NCBI GenBank assembly: GCA_963575745.1
Contig: CAUYUJ010000261.1
Coordinates: forward strand, 1 to 64,000
DNA from: Prorocentrum cordatum
Lineage: Eukaryota
Length of the DNA stretch: 64,000 nucleotides
Direction: 5' to 3'
Positions 63,151 to 64,000 of this stretch are shown here, in pieces (the first letter of the stretch is position 1; each line of letters begins with the position of its first letter). The translations under genes were made by a program, and so were the position numbers. The notes under the pieces are model-generated. The model did not search any database. It had not been told where the DNA came from and saw nothing but the letters and a program-made list of their open reading frames with translations.

Positions 63151-64000
63151 GTGCAACTGCTTGTTTAAAACGAGCCCGGCCCTCGTCGGGTTCCGCCCGA
63201 TCGGCTGCTCCCCGGATCCTGCCCAGACCCCCTTGGGGAGTCGAGATGCTCTCTTTTGACCCCCCTAGAAACCTATCAGTCTTCGCTGTTAGGTAAATAG
63301 TCGAAACATCGTTTTTTTCGTATGTTTGAATATGTTTGGCGCATTGTTTGATTATTTCTATTATTCTTACAAACTTCGCCTGTAGAGGGACATGCCCGAC
63401 CTAACCGTAGGATGCACAGAAGTAGGGTGGACATGTTGTTCGCCTCGAACAAGTAGGGCAGAAATGTCCGCCATACTTCGGCAGAAAGTTCCGAAATTGT
63501 AACATGTCCACAACATGGCCCACATAGTAGGGCTGACATCCGCGAAAGCAGTGCGGAAGCAGCGACGGCAAATCGATATCAAAGGAGGGCGCCATGGACA
63601 TCAGTGGAGCTTATGGATCACGGCAGATCCGCTCAAAACCGTTCCTTGGTCCCCCATTTGGTGTAGTTTTTCACCCGGATTCATTTTTGACGGTCCAGGG
63701 GCCCGCAAAGCGGCCCCCAGAGGACGAAAGAGGCAAAAGAGGGACGCTCGAACCCAGAACCTCGAACCTCCGTCCTGCTTGCGCATAGTCGTCCAAAGCG
63801 TGGGGCGGATCCGTAGTTGGGACAGCCCCGCAGATTCGGCCATGCGCAGATGGGGGCAGGGGGCAGGGGGAGGGGGGAAGGCTTCTTAGACGCACCCCCG
63901 CACCTACGAGGCCTTCCCACCCCCCATCCCCCGACCCCCCTCTGCACGTGGCCGGGTGGCCTGGGGAAAGGCTTCCTAGGAGCACCCCTGCATCTAGGAG

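Larger units (their letters stand above)
59338..63294. mobile_element. TIR-bounded cargo-carrying element inserted into a family-B MITE
   Basis: ACCTAACAGCGA (59338-59349) / TCGCTGTTAGGT (63283-63294). The MITE left part is at ~59283-59325 and the rest at 63295-63403. Subterminal tandem repeats on both sides. No clean TSD seen. Confidence 0.65.

Overview
Eukaryotic, GC-rich, repeat-saturated DNA, very likely from a dinoflagellate. This is inferred from several degenerate copies of the dinoflagellate spliced leader (DinoSL, DCCGTAGCCATTTTGGCTCAAG) just 5' of ORFs and from a predicted GC-AG intron. No complete host gene is visible; the window is a nest of mobile elements, satellites and microsatellites. 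Main structures: (1) a ~122-bp satellite array (5520-25430) carrying two large insertions. One is a 4.56-kb fold-back element (6863-11420, ~1.8-kb inverted arms, 8-bp TSD) with a serine-recombinase (resolvase-like) gene in each arm. The other is an 11.45-kb TIR element (11918-23367, 45-bp TIRs, 2-bp TSD) with an EnSpm/CACTA-like DDE transposase and three more co-oriented genes, each headed by the same module: CCCCT-N-AGGGG palindromes, then a DinoSL-like sequence, then ATG. (2) Tandem non-autonomous Helitron-like elements in a (TA)n tract (41471-45963). (3) A 3' remnant of an RLE-type non-LTR retrotransposon (~35800-36400). (4) A ~4-kb TIR-bounded element (59338-63294) that splits a MITE and carries an intronless, SL-headed gene with helical (HA-like) repeats fused to LRRs. 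Most long ORFs in the supplied track are repeat artefacts. All protein-family calls come from motif recognition by eye, not database searches.
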